Shown here piece after piece: positions 22,153 through 32,313 of a stretch of 64,000 nucleotides of DNA; within the stretch, counting starts at the first letter, position 1, and every line of letters begins with the position of its first letter. This DNA comes from an uncultured Arcobacter sp. Its GTDB lineage: Bacteria; Campylobacterota; Campylobacteria; Campylobacterales; Arcobacteraceae. The stretch is from positions 1,536,001 through 1,600,000 of the forward strand of contig OZ223300.1 of assembly GCA_965140705.1 (NCBI GenBank), in the 5' to 3' direction. The notes below the pieces were generated by a model, which was given only the letters and a program-made list of their open reading frames with translations, was not told the origin of the DNA and ran no database searches. The position numbers and the translations under genes are program-made.

Positions 22153-22593
22153 CTAATAATCAGTTGGTAAAAATGTCATAGGCATTGGATATGGAAGCAT
22201 CATTGAAAAGAAGTATGCAATAACAAATCCATAAACTAAACTATAACCAATTACCCATGGTAATCTTTTTTCACCATGTATATATAAAGATATGGCTAAA
22301 AATAAAACTGTTCCAAGGTCAAAACCTAAGTATTCCAATGTAAAAACATAAATAGCAAATACAACCATTATTGGAAGTACAGTAATAAAGTCATCTTTTT
22401 TTTCTAAATCTTCTTTTTGAGTAAAAAACTCAAAAATACATAAACAAAGTGTAATAGCAGCAATAGGAAGAATAAGAATCATATTTTCCAAACTACTAGA
22501 TGCATTATGCGCATCTACTGCATACCATAGTACAAAACTAGCTAAGCATAGAATTACTATGCTATTAGCTATTTTTTCTTTTGTTAAAATCAT
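22153..22593 (-). CDS. tctB: Tripartite tricarboxylate transporter small permease TctB
   Basis: Four to five TM segments, YLGF motif, located between tctC and tctA. Confidence 0.8.
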   Translation of the reverse strand: MILTKEKIANSIVILCLASFVLWYAVDAHNASSSLENMILILPIAAITLCLCIFEFFTQKEDLEKKDDFITVLPIMVVFAIYVFTLEYLGFDLGTVLFLAISLYIHGEKRLPWVIGYSLVYGFVIAYFFSMMLPYPMPMTFLPTDY

Positions 22594-22602
22594 TTTATAA
22601 GC

Positions 22603-23601
22603 CTATTCGTTTAATAAGTAACCATATTTTTTGAAGAATTGATATGACTCATCTATTAATTTATTTGATTCTTCAGGACCAGTCCAATCGTAACCAATTT
22701 GATTCGATTTTAAGAATTTTTGAACATCTTTATTTTCTAGAGTTCTTTTTAGTGCACCAGTTAATTCTGCATATCTTTTTGGATATTTTTCTTTAAACTC
22801 TTTTCTAACTGCAAACCCTCTCATAGAACCACTAAATACTGGAACTTTAAATCCTAAAGATTTAATTGCTTCGTTTAATGGTGGTGCATCCCATTGTTGT
22901 ACTCTATCATTTTTTAATATTGCAAGTGGTTTAATAAACTCTTTAATATTTTCGCTTCCTTGTGCAGAAATTGCTATTAAATCAACTTGTCCACCAGCGA
23001 TTGCTGTTCTTGCTTTTCCCCCACTATTGTATGTAACAAGATTTAAGTTTTCTTGAGGAATATTATATTTTTCTAGTAATAATTTTAAAATTAAATGTCC
23101 ACCTGAACCTTGAACAACAGCTGCTTTTACTGATTTTGGATGATTTTTAATTGCATTTAAAACTTCTACCATACTGTTATATTTTGAGTTTTTATTTACA
23201 GCAAATAATTCATAATCGAACCATTGAATATTAATAAAGTCAAAATCAGTCATTTTGTATTTAGCACCACCTGTCAAAATTGTAGTAGCTAGATATGGAG
23301 AAAATGTTGAAGAAAACACTGTATAACCATCTGCTGGTCTTTTTAATATATAATTAGCAGCGATTTGAGTTCCTGCACCTTTTTTGTTAATTACTTTAAC
23401 AATACCACCTAATTCATCTGATAAAAATGTTGACATTGATCTTGCCATTCTATCAGCACTTCCTCCAATACCAAATCCAACTACTAAATTTACTGGTTTA
23501 GTAGGATAATCCTTTGCTTGTGAACTTGTGCTTAAAAGTCCAAGTCCTAATATTGAAATCGCAGCAAACTTTATTGCTGACTTCATGATCCTTGTGTTCA
23601 T
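22603..23601 (-). CDS. tctC: Tripartite tricarboxylate transporter substrate-binding protein (TctC/Bug), copy 1
   Basis: Signal peptide, YPTKPVNLVVGFGIGGSAD, GSGGHL; close paralog of 19510-20508. Confidence 0.9.
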   Translation of the reverse strand: MNTRIMKSAIKFAAISILGLGLLSTSSQAKDYPTKPVNLVVGFGIGGSADRMARSMSTFLSDELGGIVKVINKKGAGTQIAANYILKRPADGYTVFSSTFSPYLATTILTGGAKYKMTDFDFINIQWFDYELFAVNKNSKYNSMVEVLNAIKNHPKSVKAAVVQGSGGHLILKLLLEKYNIPQENLNLVTYNSGGKARTAIAGGQVDLIAISAQGSENIKEFIKPLAILKNDRVQQWDAPPLNEAIKSLGFKVPVFSGSMRGFAVRKEFKEKYPKRYAELTGALKRTLENKDVQKFLKSNQIGYDWTGPEESNKLIDESYQFFKKYGYLLNE

Positions 23602-23629
23602 GCTTACTCCTTAGTTTATTTATTTTAGA

Positions 23630-23662
23630 ACTTTAACATACAAAGCTGTCATGAAACTTGCA
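23630..23662 (-). promoter_or_regulatory. Shared tct box TGCAAGTTTCATGACAGC plus extended -10 (TGtTAAAGT) of tctCBA
   Basis: Box at 23645-23662, -10 at 23630-23635, 9-nt spacer. Confidence 0.75.
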
Positions 23663-23735
23663 AAGATACTAACTTAACTTAAAGTATTTTGCCTGTATAA
23701 TCACACTCTTAATTAAATCTACTATTACTATCGGG

Positions 23736-25937
23736 ATGATAATGTTTTATAAAAACGAGAAAAAACTAATAGATACAATTAAATATGCTCCTATACTTTT
23801 GATCATATTTTTATTTGTAATTACTACATATTTTGTAGAAAGATCAAACACCAAACAATTTAACGAAGAGACAAAAAGAATAACAAACTTTTATAGAGAT
23901 TATAATAACAATGAAATAAAAGAGATAGTTTATAAAGTAAATGAGTATATTAAATCAAAAGATAAAAATGGTTTAGATAATTTAAAAGAATCTTTAAAAT
24001 CACAAGTTTATGATGCGTATACAATAGCTGCAAAAATTTATTTAGATAATAAAAATAAAAGAACAAATAAAGAAATTCTTGAGTTGATAAAAACTACTCT
24101 AAAAAGTATTAATTATGAAGGGAAAGGTCACTATTTTATTATAAACAAAGGGCAGTTTTTGCTTCAAGCTTCAGATGAAAGAATAAAAGATACTCAAAGT
24201 TTAAAAACAATTTTAGGTTCTATAAAAGATAATAAAGAGGGGATTATTACTTACTTTAATGGTAAATATACCAATGATAAAGAACTTTCTGAAAAAATAA
24301 GTTTTTATAAAAAGTTTAAACCATTAAATATCTATATTGGAATGGGAGAATATTTAGATGATTTTGAAAATAATTTAAAAAAAGAGATTGTAACATCTAT
24401 TCAAAATGATAATTTAAATACTAAAAAGTATATTTTCTTAATAGATTCAAATGGTATTATTTTAGCAAGTAATGAGAAAAAAAGAGTTGGTAAACAAGTT
24501 AATTTAGATTTAGCATTGAAGTTAAAAAAGATGTTTGATGAAGGAGAAGGTCTTTTTAACTATGAAAAACATAGTAAAGGCGGTTCTTTCAAAAAAACTT
24601 CATTTATTAAAATATATAAAAAGTGGAATTGGATAATAGGAAGTGGATATGGAGATGATAAATTAAATAAATTAATCAAAGATGCAAATATTGAATTACA
24701 AAAAATGAATAAAAATAATTATTATAATATTTTATATTTTGGTATTTTTATTACAGTTGTTTTATTGATTATTTCAATTTTTATTAGTAATTATATAGAA
24801 GATATTCTATTAAATTATAAATTGAAAATAAAAGATGAGGAAAAAGAATTTAGAAATTTATTTGAAAATAGTAATATAGGTTTAGCCATAAGTAATAGCA
24901 CTGGTAAGTTATTAAATGTAAATTCAAAATTTTCAGAAATTTTAGGTTATGACTCTTCTGAGGAGATTGAAAATAGATTTTGGCATGAATTGTCTAATAT
25001 AAAAAAAGAAGACAAAGAATTAGAACTTTATAATAAACTTCTAGCAGAAAAAATATATAACTATAGCCTTGAAAAGATCTTTATTAATAAAAAAGATGAG
25101 AAAAGCATAGATATTTTAATTAACGCAAATTTATTTAAAGAAAATAATAAAATAAAATACATACTATTTTCAATTACTGATATTACAGAAATAAAAGAAA
25201 AAGATAATTTACTTTTTCAACAATCAAAAATGGCATCAATGGGTGAAATGATAGCAAATATAGCACATCAATGGAGACAGCCTTTAAGTATAATTAGTAC
25301 ACTATCTTCTGGTTTAAAACTTCAAAAAGAGCTTAATTCTTTGAGTGATAATTACTTCAATGAATCATTAGAATCTATAACAAAATCAACGCAATATTTA
25401 TCCCAAACAATTGATTATTTTAAAGACTTTTTTAAGCCAAGTGAAAATAAATCTAAATTTAACATAAAAGAAGTTGTAGATAAAACTTTAGTTCTTTTAT
25501 CAGCAGAATTAAAAAATAAAGAGATTGAAATAATTCAAAACATTGAAGATGTAGAATTAACATCATATGAAAACGATATAATACAAATATTTATTAATAT
25601 AGTAAATAATGCCAAAGATGCATTTGAAAGCTCACCTGTTAAGAATAAAATCATAAGTATAACTACAAGTTTTAATAAAGAAAAAAATGCGCTTATAATT
25701 TCTGTAAAAGATAGTGCAGGGGGTATTAAAAATGATATTATTGATAAAATCTTTGAACCTTATTTTACGACAAAACATAGAAATGTAGGAACTGGGATTG
25801 GATTATATATGGTTAGTCAAATTATAAACAAACATCTAAAAGGATTTATTGAGGTAAAAAATGTTAATTTTACACATCAAAATCTAGAATTAACTGGGGC
25901 AGAATTTATAGTTACTATTCCCACAAATATTAAATAA
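23736..25937 (+). CDS. Cache/PAS sensor histidine kinase
   Basis: Two TM segments, Cache-like WNWIIGSG, PAS domain, [24 protein letters not shown]...GTGIGLY. Confidence 0.9.
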   Translation: MIMFYKNEKKLIDTIKYAPILLIIFLFVITTYFVERSNTKQFNEETKRITNFYRDYNNNEIKEIVYKVNEYIKSKDKNGLDNLKESLKSQVYDAYTIAAKIYLDNKNKRTNKEILELIKTTLKSINYEGKGHYFIINKGQFLLQASDERIKDTQSLKTILGSIKDNKEGIITYFNGKYTNDKELSEKISFYKKFKPLNIYIGMGEYLDDFENNLKKEIVTSIQNDNLNTKKYIFLIDSNGIILASNEKKRVGKQVNLDLALKLKKMFDEGEGLFNYEKHSKGGSFKKTSFIKIYKKWNWIIGSGYGDDKLNKLIKDANIELQKMNKNNYYNILYFGIFITVVLLIISIFISNYIEDILLNYKLKIKDEEKEFRNLFENSNIGLAISNSTGKLLNVNSKFSEILGYDSSEEIENRFWHELSNIKKEDKELELYNKLLAEKIYNYSLEKIFINKKDEKSIDILINANLFKENNKIKYILFSITDITEIKEKDNLLFQQSKMASMGEMIANIAHQWRQPLSIISTLSSGLKLQKELNSLSDNYFNESLESITKSTQYLSQTIDYFKDFFKPSENKSKFNIKEVVDKTLVLLSAELKNKEIEIIQNIEDVELTSYENDIIQIFINIVNNAKDAFESSPVKNKIISITTSFNKEKNALIISVKDSAGGIKNDIIDKIFEPYFTTKHRNVGTGIGLYMVSQIINKHLKGFIEVKNVNFTHQNLELTGAEFIVTIPTNIK

Positions 25938-25947
25938 GAGGATAAAA

Positions 25948-26325
25948 ATGTTATATATTGAAAAAAGTGATAAAAGTGTACAAGAAGTAGTAGATAAAAT
26001 ACTAGAAATATGTTCAAATTATAAATTTGGAGTTCAACATATTCATAACCTAAGAGAGACTTTGATTTCAAAGGGAATAGATTTTAAGAATGATTGTCAA
26101 GTATTAGATGTATGTAATCCAAATGTTGCAAATGAGTTTTTAAGCACAGACATGAGTTTAAGCTCAATAATGCCTTGTAAAATCTCAATTTATAAAGAAG
26201 ATGGAAAAACTATGATTGCCTTAAACTCTATAGTTCAATTAGTAGATGATATAAATCCAGATTTAATTGATCTAGCACAAAAGACTCAAAAAACTATTTT
26301 AGAACTTATAAAAGAGGCTAAATAG
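25948..26325 (+). CDS. DUF302 domain protein
   Basis: LDVCNP...IMPCKISIY motif. Confidence 0.85.
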   Translation: MLYIEKSDKSVQEVVDKILEICSNYKFGVQHIHNLRETLISKGIDFKNDCQVLDVCNPNVANEFLSTDMSLSSIMPCKISIYKEDGKTMIALNSIVQLVDDINPDLIDLAQKTQKTILELIKEAK

Positions 26326-26332
26326 CTTCTTT
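26311..26332. terminator. Bidirectional terminator hairpin
   Basis: AAAGAGGCTA-AA-TAGCTTCTTT between convergent genes. Confidence 0.6.
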
Positions 26333-26720
26333 AATGCATTGTTTTATATAAGGCCTCATGTTTTGTGATTTCACTTTGTTGTGCTTTTCTTCTACATGAG
26401 ATAAAGCATTGCTCTCCCTTATCATTCTTATATGGATAAATAGTAGCACAGACCCAATAAAATCCACCAGATTTTGTTTTATTCTTAACAAATCCTTGCC
26501 AAACTTTATTATTTTTTACTGTTTCCCATAGGTCTTTAAATGCTGCTTTTGGCATATCTTTATGTCGTATTATATTATGTGGTTTTCCAATTAAATCATT
26601 AAGTTCATACTCTGCAATATTACAAAACTCTTCATTTGCAAAAATAATGTTTCCTCTAAAATCAGTTTCACTAACCAAAAAAGCATTATCTTTTAATACA
26701 GTTTCTTTATCTAAACCCAT
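26331..26720 (-). CDS. Stand-alone Aer-type PAS protein (CetB-like)
   Basis: LVSETDFRGNIIFAN, GKPHNIIRHKDMPKAAFKDLW, VKNKTKSGGFYWV. Confidence 0.88.
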   Translation of the reverse strand: MGLDKETVLKDNAFLVSETDFRGNIIFANEEFCNIAEYELNDLIGKPHNIIRHKDMPKAAFKDLWETVKNNKVWQGFVKNKTKSGGFYWVCATIYPYKNDKGEQCFISCRRKAQQSEITKHEALYKTMH

Positions 26721-26722
26721 AA

Positions 26723-29020
26723 TTAATCCCTTTTCTTAAATAAATTATCACAATGTATTTCTTTCATTTTATCTATCAATGTAAATACGTCTTTCATAGA
26801 TTCTTCTAAATTTTGTGCTACTGAAATGATTTGACCATTTTTATAATTTCCAGCGTATAAATCAGCTGAATCTTGCACCATAACATGAACTTTTTTATGT
26901 TCTTCATATAAAATTTGCCACTCTTTAGATTTTGCTAGTTGAGTATCTTTTGTAGAATTTAACCATTTACCTAAATCACATTCATTATGATTTTTAACAA
27001 TTATTCTCTCACCTCCAGAAATACATTGACTAAAGGCATCATTTTTAAAAGAAACATGGTCAGTTTTTAGTTTATTTAGTTTAAATACAAAGGCTGTATC
27101 ACAAACTCTTCTTTTTGCATTTGTATCAAAAGTTGTTGAGTCAACTGCTTCTTGTAGTTGTTTTGATAAAGATTTCGTATTAGCTGCCATTTCATTGATT
27201 TGATTAGCTAAAGATGCATTTTTTTGTGTTGCTTGATCAAGGGCATTAACTGTCTCATTTATTTGAATCATTGCAGACTCTTGTTCCTTTGTTGAAGTTG
27301 CTACTTCGTTAATTATTTTTTCAGATTGGGCAATATTCTCATTAAGATCATTAAAGCCCTCTATCATTTTAAAAGCAACTTCTTTCCCCTCTTTTGATTT
27401 TTCATTAGCACTTTCAACTAATCTTTTAATTTCATTTGCAGCTTCTGCACTTCTTGAGGCTAGATTTCTCACTTCTTGTGCAACAACAGCAAAACCTTTT
27501 CCAGCTTCTCCTGCAGTTGCTGCTTCTACTGCTGCATTCAGACTCAAAATATTTGTTTGAAATGCTATTTGGTCAATTATTGTAATTGCTTCATTTATTG
27601 TAGTTACTTCTACACTAAGTTCTTCCATAGAATCAGATGTCTTCTTAGCCAATTCAATACCTGCATTACTAGAATTAGCAACTTTAGCTGAATATTCAAG
27701 CATTTTAGAAGTATTTACATTCCCACTTTTTATTGTAGATGTTACTTCTTCAATTGCTGCAGCTGTTTCTTCTAAAGCAGCTGCTTGTTCATTTGAAGAT
27801 CTACTTAATTCAAATGAAGCACTAGAAAGTTCATCTGCACTAAAGGCTAATCTTTTAGTTGAATTATCTATTATTGAAATAACTTCATTAATAGCTGTTT
27901 GTGTAATTTTTGTCCCACCAAATAATGATGAAACAAGACCTGTTATATTAGGAATTTCTGGTATCTTATAAGTATAATTCGCTTTCGATAATTCAATTAA
28001 AGAATCAGATAGAATAATTAGATTCTTTTTTGTTGTCTCAATCATTCCATTTATTTCATCAATTAAATCATTTAATTCACTAGTTGCACCTTTTATTAAT
28101 ACTTTGTCATTAAATAATCCAACATTAACTTTTCCAATAACATCTTTAACATTGTCTATTGCTAGTTTATCTTGGATTATATTTTGTTCAACTTTTTCGA
28201 TATAAAAATTAAAGTTATTAGCGATATTACCAAGTTCATCATTTGTATGAAGTTCTATTTTAGCAGTATCATTACTGTTTGCAAGTTTTTCAACTCCGAA
28301 ATCAAGTTTTTGAATACTTTTTAATATATTATTAATAATAATAATTAAATATATAAGTGAACTTGCAAATATTATTGATAAGAGTATAGAGACTAATCGA
28401 AAAGTATTAATTATTTCAATATCTTTTTCAATTGATTTTGATAAATTATCTTTTTGTAAAGTTACAAGTTTTTCAAGATTTTCTTCAAGTGTTGCTGTAA
28501 AAGTATCAACATCTTCCATATTTTTTTCAACATCAATTGAAGAGTTTATAAACTTAGTAAAAGTTTCTTTATCTTCTTGTGATATTTCATTTGTATTTGA
28601 AAAATTTTTTATTAATTTATCTCTATTTTCAACAGCTAGTATACCACTATTGGCCATATTTTTTAAAGAATTTATATAATCATCAAAAATATTATCTATG
28701 TTTTCAAAAAGAGTAGTGCTTTTATTATCTATATTTTTCTTATGAATATCTTCCTTGATAGATTTGTATTTTTTTATGATTGATTCTATTTCTTTAAATC
28801 CATCTTTATCACCCATTAGTGAAACATCTGTACTTAATTCTTGAATATTCTTTATTAAATATTTCATTTCTTTAAACAAAGAAGTTACCTTTGTTTCTTC
28901 AATTAGTTGCTTATTAGCATTTTCTATTTTTGATAAAGATACAAATAACCCAATACCATTAAGAATAAGTACAATAGTAAATATTGCAATTAAAATATTA
29001 GATTTACTTCTAATTTTCAT
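26723..29020 (-). CDS. Methyl-accepting chemotaxis protein with C-terminal CZB domain
   Basis: Two TM segments, [21 protein letters not shown]...GKGFAVVA; C-terminal DH...HNECDLGKW...HKKVH. Confidence 0.92.
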   Translation of the reverse strand: MKIRSKSNILIAIFTIVLILNGIGLFVSLSKIENANKQLIEETKVTSLFKEMKYLIKNIQELSTDVSLMGDKDGFKEIESIIKKYKSIKEDIHKKNIDNKSTTLFENIDNIFDDYINSLKNMANSGILAVENRDKLIKNFSNTNEISQEDKETFTKFINSSIDVEKNMEDVDTFTATLEENLEKLVTLQKDNLSKSIEKDIEIINTFRLVSILLSIIFASSLIYLIIIINNILKSIQKLDFGVEKLANSNDTAKIELHTNDELGNIANNFNFYIEKVEQNIIQDKLAIDNVKDVIGKVNVGLFNDKVLIKGATSELNDLIDEINGMIETTKKNLIILSDSLIELSKANYTYKIPEIPNITGLVSSLFGGTKITQTAINEVISIIDNSTKRLAFSADELSSASFELSRSSNEQAAALEETAAAIEEVTSTIKSGNVNTSKMLEYSAKVANSSNAGIELAKKTSDSMEELSVEVTTINEAITIIDQIAFQTNILSLNAAVEAATAGEAGKGFAVVAQEVRNLASRSAEAANEIKRLVESANEKSKEGKEVAFKMIEGFNDLNENIAQSEKIINEVATSTKEQESAMIQINETVNALDQATQKNASLANQINEMAANTKSLSKQLQEAVDSTTFDTNAKRRVCDTAFVFKLNKLKTDHVSFKNDAFSQCISGGERIIVKNHNECDLGKWLNSTKDTQLAKSKEWQILYEEHKKVHVMVQDSADLYAGNYKNGQIISVAQNLEESMKDVFTLIDKMKEIHCDNLFKKRD

Positions 29021-29112
29021 AATTCCACCTTTTAATTAAAGTGGAATTATATTAAAAATAATATAAAAATTTACATAATTATACTAATATAAAAAATTAA
29101 TTTTAAATTAAT

Positions 29113-30396
29113 TTATAAATCAATAACTTCTTTTACAATTTGAAATAAATTATTAATAGAACTAATACTTACTTTTTCATCATATGAGTGTGGATTATAG
29201 ATATTTGGTCCTATTGATGCGACTTTTAAATGTGGGAATTTTTCTTTAAAAATAGCACACTCTAATCCTGCATGAATAGCTCTAAATTCTGCTTTTTCAT
29301 TATGTTTTTTATATATTTCAAATACTTTTTGTGTAAATTCGTTTTTATCTGGTTTCCAAGCTGGATATTTACCTTTTGTTTCAACTGTAAAGTTATATTT
29401 TTCTAGTTTATCTTTTGTCTCTTTTTTTATATTATTTAATTTATCATTATCCATAGATCTAGCACTTAATTTGACAACTATTTCATTAAGTTGGGTTTTT
29501 ACAATTGCTAAGTTAATTGAAGTTTCTACTACATTTAGTTCAGTATTAAACTCTCTTACTCCATTTTCAAAATTATAAATGAAATCAATTATTTCATCGC
29601 TATATATATTAAAGTGTTCAGGTACATCTTTTACTTCTACTATGCTCATATTTTCATGGCTTATTATTGGTGGAGTTTTAGAAGCAATTATTGCTTTTGC
29701 ATTTGCAGGAATTGAATTAATTCTTTCTCCTCCATTTAAGTCTAACAATTTACCTCCACATTCTTTAATTGATTTTGCAATTAGTTTTAAGGCATTTGGT
29801 ATATTTTCATGGATATTTACACCACTATGTCCACCTCTTAGTTTTGAAATAGTTATCTCATATAATTTTAATTTCTCTTCATTAGCAATTAGTTTGTGAG
29901 TAGAGTGTTTAGATATTATATCAATACCTCCTGCACATCCTATACAAATCTCGCCTTCTTCTTCTGAATCAATATTTAACATAAAAGGAGATTTGATTTC
30001 AAGATTTATATCATTTGCTCCAATTAAACCAATCTCTTCATCAGAAGTAAAAAGATACTCTAAATCTTTATTTTCAGCCATAAGTGCTAACATATAAGAA
30101 CAACCAATTCCATTATCTGCACCTAAAGTTGAATTTTCTGCTTTAAAAAAACCATCTTCTTCTACTATTTTAGGAATAGTGTTATCTATTAAACAAACAA
30201 TATCATAATGTGATTGTAAACAAATCTTTGATTTTGAATTCTTTTTTTTACAAAGAATATTATTAACTTCATCAACGAAACACTCATAATTATATTTTAA
30301 AGCATAATTTTTTACATAATTTATAAATTCATTGTGTGTTCCACTACATCTTGGTATAGTTGTTATTTCTTTAAATATATCTAATACTAAATTCAA
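29113..30396 (-). CDS. pepD: Aminoacyl-histidine dipeptidase (M20C, PepD-like)
   Basis: LQSHYD, TLGADNGIG, DEEIGLIGA, GGHSG, IHAGLEC, PHS. Confidence 0.88.
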   Translation of the reverse strand: MNLVLDIFKEITTIPRCSGTHNEFINYVKNYALKYNYECFVDEVNNILCKKKNSKSKICLQSHYDIVCLIDNTIPKIVEEDGFFKAENSTLGADNGIGCSYMLALMAENKDLEYLFTSDEEIGLIGANDINLEIKSPFMLNIDSEEEGEICIGCAGGIDIISKHSTHKLIANEEKLKLYEITISKLRGGHSGVNIHENIPNALKLIAKSIKECGGKLLDLNGGERINSIPANAKAIIASKTPPIISHENMSIVEVKDVPEHFNIYSDEIIDFIYNFENGVREFNTELNVVETSINLAIVKTQLNEIVVKLSARSMDNDKLNNIKKETKDKLEKYNFTVETKGKYPAWKPDKNEFTQKVFEIYKKHNEKAEFRAIHAGLECAIFKEKFPHLKVASIGPNIYNPHSYDEKVSISSINNLFQIVKEVIDL

Positions 30397-30502
30397 ATTT
30401 ATCCTTTATTTTTTGACAATTATATCAAAAAGATTTAAATACATCATTATTATTTTATTTCTTTTTAAGATATAATAATTGTAAACATATAATTTTTTAG
30501 GA

Positions 30503-32296
30503 ATGACTATGAAACTATCATTAAAAACACTTCTTGTGATTTCTTTCTTTTTTGTTATTGTTATATCAATGAGCATTATATCAATAATGTCATATTATTC
30601 TACAAAAGCTAATATGGCAGAGCAATCATATAAGATAATGCAAAATATCTCAGATTTTGCAGTTGACAAGTCAAAAACATATATGAATGTTGCAACAGAT
30701 GCTTCTAATTTAACTAGAAACTTAGAAAATAAAAATGTAATAAACATGAATAATGAAAAAAAACTAGTTAGTTATTTTTATGAACAAATGGCTATTAATC
30801 AATATTTTTCAGGACTTTATTATGCTTCTACTGATGGAAGTTTTTTGATGCTTTTAAAAGATAAAAATAAATATTTAAAGAAAAAAATATCTTATAATAA
30901 TGAAGGGAAAAGAGTAGTTACACTTTCATATAATGACAAAAATATGAATTTAGAAAAAGAAGAGATACTTCCTAATGACAAATATGAACCAAGACTTAGA
31001 GCTTGGTATATAAATGCGATTCAACATGAAAAATCAACTTGGACTGAACCATATGTTTTTTATACTACAAAAAAAACTGGAATAACAATATCAACACCAA
31101 TTTATAATAAAAATAATGTACTTTTGGGAGTAATAGGAATTGATATTGAAATAGAAAGTTTATCAACTTTTATTAATAATCTAAGAGTAGGAGATAATGG
31201 AAAAGTATTTTTAATAAACAAAGCTTTAAAAATATTATCATTACCAACAGAAAAAAATAAGATTATTACAATGAATAGTTTAGAAAATAATAGTATTATT
31301 AAACTTGCATATAATGAATTAAAAAAACAAACAGATGTTAAATCAATAAAAAATGAACTCTTTTTAACATTCAAGAAAGGTGGTAATACTTACCAAGCTA
31401 TGTTTTTGCCTTTTAAAATTGGGGAATTACAATGGACTGTTGGAATGTATGTTTTAGAAGATGATTTTTTAGGAATATTAAAAGATAATAATATTTTTAA
31501 TATTTTATTTATAATAGTTATTGGAGTTATATCTTTATTTATTAGTATTAAAATATCAAATTATATTTCAAGTCCTATATTAAAATTGAGAAATATGACT
31601 AAAAAAATTGAGTTATTAAATCTAAATCAATCAGATGTTCATCCAAATCCAATAAAAGAGATAAATGAATTAATATCTTCTTTTAACAAAATGAAGATAA
31701 ATCTAAAAGAGTCATATTTAGATACTTTATATAGATTAGCTGTAGCATCTGAATATAAAGATAATGATACAGCAGAACACATTAATAGAATAGGGTTATA
31801 TTCAGAAACAATAGCTAGAAAGCTTGGATTATCTGAAGATGAAATATATATTTTAAAACACGCAAGTGCTATGCATGATATTGGGAAACTTGGTATTCCA
31901 GATAGAATATTATTAAAACCAGGAAAATTAGATGCTGAAGAGAGAAAAATAGTTGAAACACATCCTGCAATAGGAGCTGCTATATTGAAAAATCCTACTT
32001 CTAATATTATGAAAATGGGAAGAGATATCTCTTTATATCACCATGAAAAATGGGATGGAACAGGTTACCCAAAAGGCTTAAAAGGTGATGAAATACCAGT
32101 ATTTGCTAGAATTGTATCTATTGTAGATGTTTTTGATGCACTAATGTCTAAACGATGTTATAAAGAGGCATTTGATGAAAATAAATCTAGAAATATTATT
32201 TTAAAAGGAAAAGGTACTTTTTTTGAGCCAAGAATTGTAGATGCTTTTGAAGAGTGCTTTGAAGAGTTAGTTAAAATATCAAAAGAAAACTCTTAA
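30503..32296 (+). CDS. Membrane dCache-HAMP HD-GYP phosphodiesterase
   Basis: YEPRLRAWY/WTEPY Cache motifs; MHDIGK, HHEKWDGTGYP. Confidence 0.9.
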   Translation: MTMKLSLKTLLVISFFFVIVISMSIISIMSYYSTKANMAEQSYKIMQNISDFAVDKSKTYMNVATDASNLTRNLENKNVINMNNEKKLVSYFYEQMAINQYFSGLYYASTDGSFLMLLKDKNKYLKKKISYNNEGKRVVTLSYNDKNMNLEKEEILPNDKYEPRLRAWYINAIQHEKSTWTEPYVFYTTKKTGITISTPIYNKNNVLLGVIGIDIEIESLSTFINNLRVGDNGKVFLINKALKILSLPTEKNKIITMNSLENNSIIKLAYNELKKQTDVKSIKNELFLTFKKGGNTYQAMFLPFKIGELQWTVGMYVLEDDFLGILKDNNIFNILFIIVIGVISLFISIKISNYISSPILKLRNMTKKIELLNLNQSDVHPNPIKEINELISSFNKMKINLKESYLDTLYRLAVASEYKDNDTAEHINRIGLYSETIARKLGLSEDEIYILKHASAMHDIGKLGIPDRILLKPGKLDAEERKIVETHPAIGAAILKNPTSNIMKMGRDISLYHHEKWDGTGYPKGLKGDEIPVFARIVSIVDVFDALMSKRCYKEAFDENKSRNIILKGKGTFFEPRIVDAFEECFEELVKISKENS

Positions 32297-32313
32297 AAAC
32301 CTAAGTATAAAAC

